Part shown: one piece after another, positions 63,752-64,000 of the stretch
How the letters are laid out: every line of letters begins with the position of its first letter
Numbering within the stretch: the stretch's first letter is position 1
Assembly (NCBI GenBank): GCA_002269645.1
Contig: NIVC01000703.1
Coordinates: 62,001 to 126,000 of the forward strand
Length of the DNA stretch: 64,000 nucleotides
DNA from: Macrostomum lignano
Lineage: Eukaryota
Reading direction: 5' to 3'
Position numbers and translations under genes: made by a program
The notes under the pieces: generated by a model
Databases searched by the model: none
What the model was told of the DNA's origin: nothing
The model's input: the letters and a program-made list of their open reading frames with translations, nothing else

Positions 63752-64000
63752 CTGGATACCCGAAGCAGCGCTGCTTGGCCGGCCGCCAGCTGCGACTGTG
63801 GAATCCTCCGCGGCAGCCGTCACAGTCGCTTCAGCCTCCACAGTTTCCATCGCCTCCTCTGTCGCTGGAGGCGCCGAGGCAGCAGCCGCCGCCGCCGGTG
63901 ACATCGGCCGCAATAAGGAAGCGGATGCTGAGGATGAAGGCGACGATGACGGCGATCGCCGCTGCTGACCGGCTGCTGCTGACGAGGACTGCTGCAAGGC
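63752..64000 (-). CDS. Ezh: E(z) upstream low-complexity exon (runs off the window edge)
   Basis: Open Ala/Ser-rich frame ending GIQ at CAG|GTGAGA, phase 0 matching the next exon. Confidence 0.7.

Overview
Eukaryotic (metazoan) genomic DNA, not prokaryotic. Exons are GC-rich and CpG-rich with poly-Q/A/G tracts, introns are GT-AG, spacers are AT-rich, and roughly 40% of the window (estimated by eye) is micro/minisatellite. This style fits a flatworm such as Macrostomum (inference only). Genes reconstructed by hand with phase-consistent splice sites: a large low-complexity terminal exon (957-3484, +); an intronless DEG/ENaC channel (8515-10404, +); a small single-pass membrane ORF (16329-16637, +); 4-exon FoxF (26964-36235, +); a 4-exon N-myristoylated EF-hand protein (36951-39972, -) whose first exon is duplicated; an intronless class A peptide-type GPCR (44081-45295, -); a LINE RT fragment; an actin-related gene broken by an internal frameshifting deletion (48185-49830, +); a Cys-rich single-pass protein (50215-50886, +); an FHL2-like LIM protein (52535-54993, -); and Enhancer of zeste/EZH (57770 to beyond 64000, -). 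Most long ORFs in the supplied track are repeat or antisense artefacts. Most notable: all 12 reconstructed introns carry their own private minisatellite and 10 of 12 sit in AG|G proto-splice contexts; several repeat units are themselves splice signals or TF motifs; the ENaC pore and thumb are atypical; the E(z) lacks regulatory loops; most start codons lie just behind a 3' splice acceptor.
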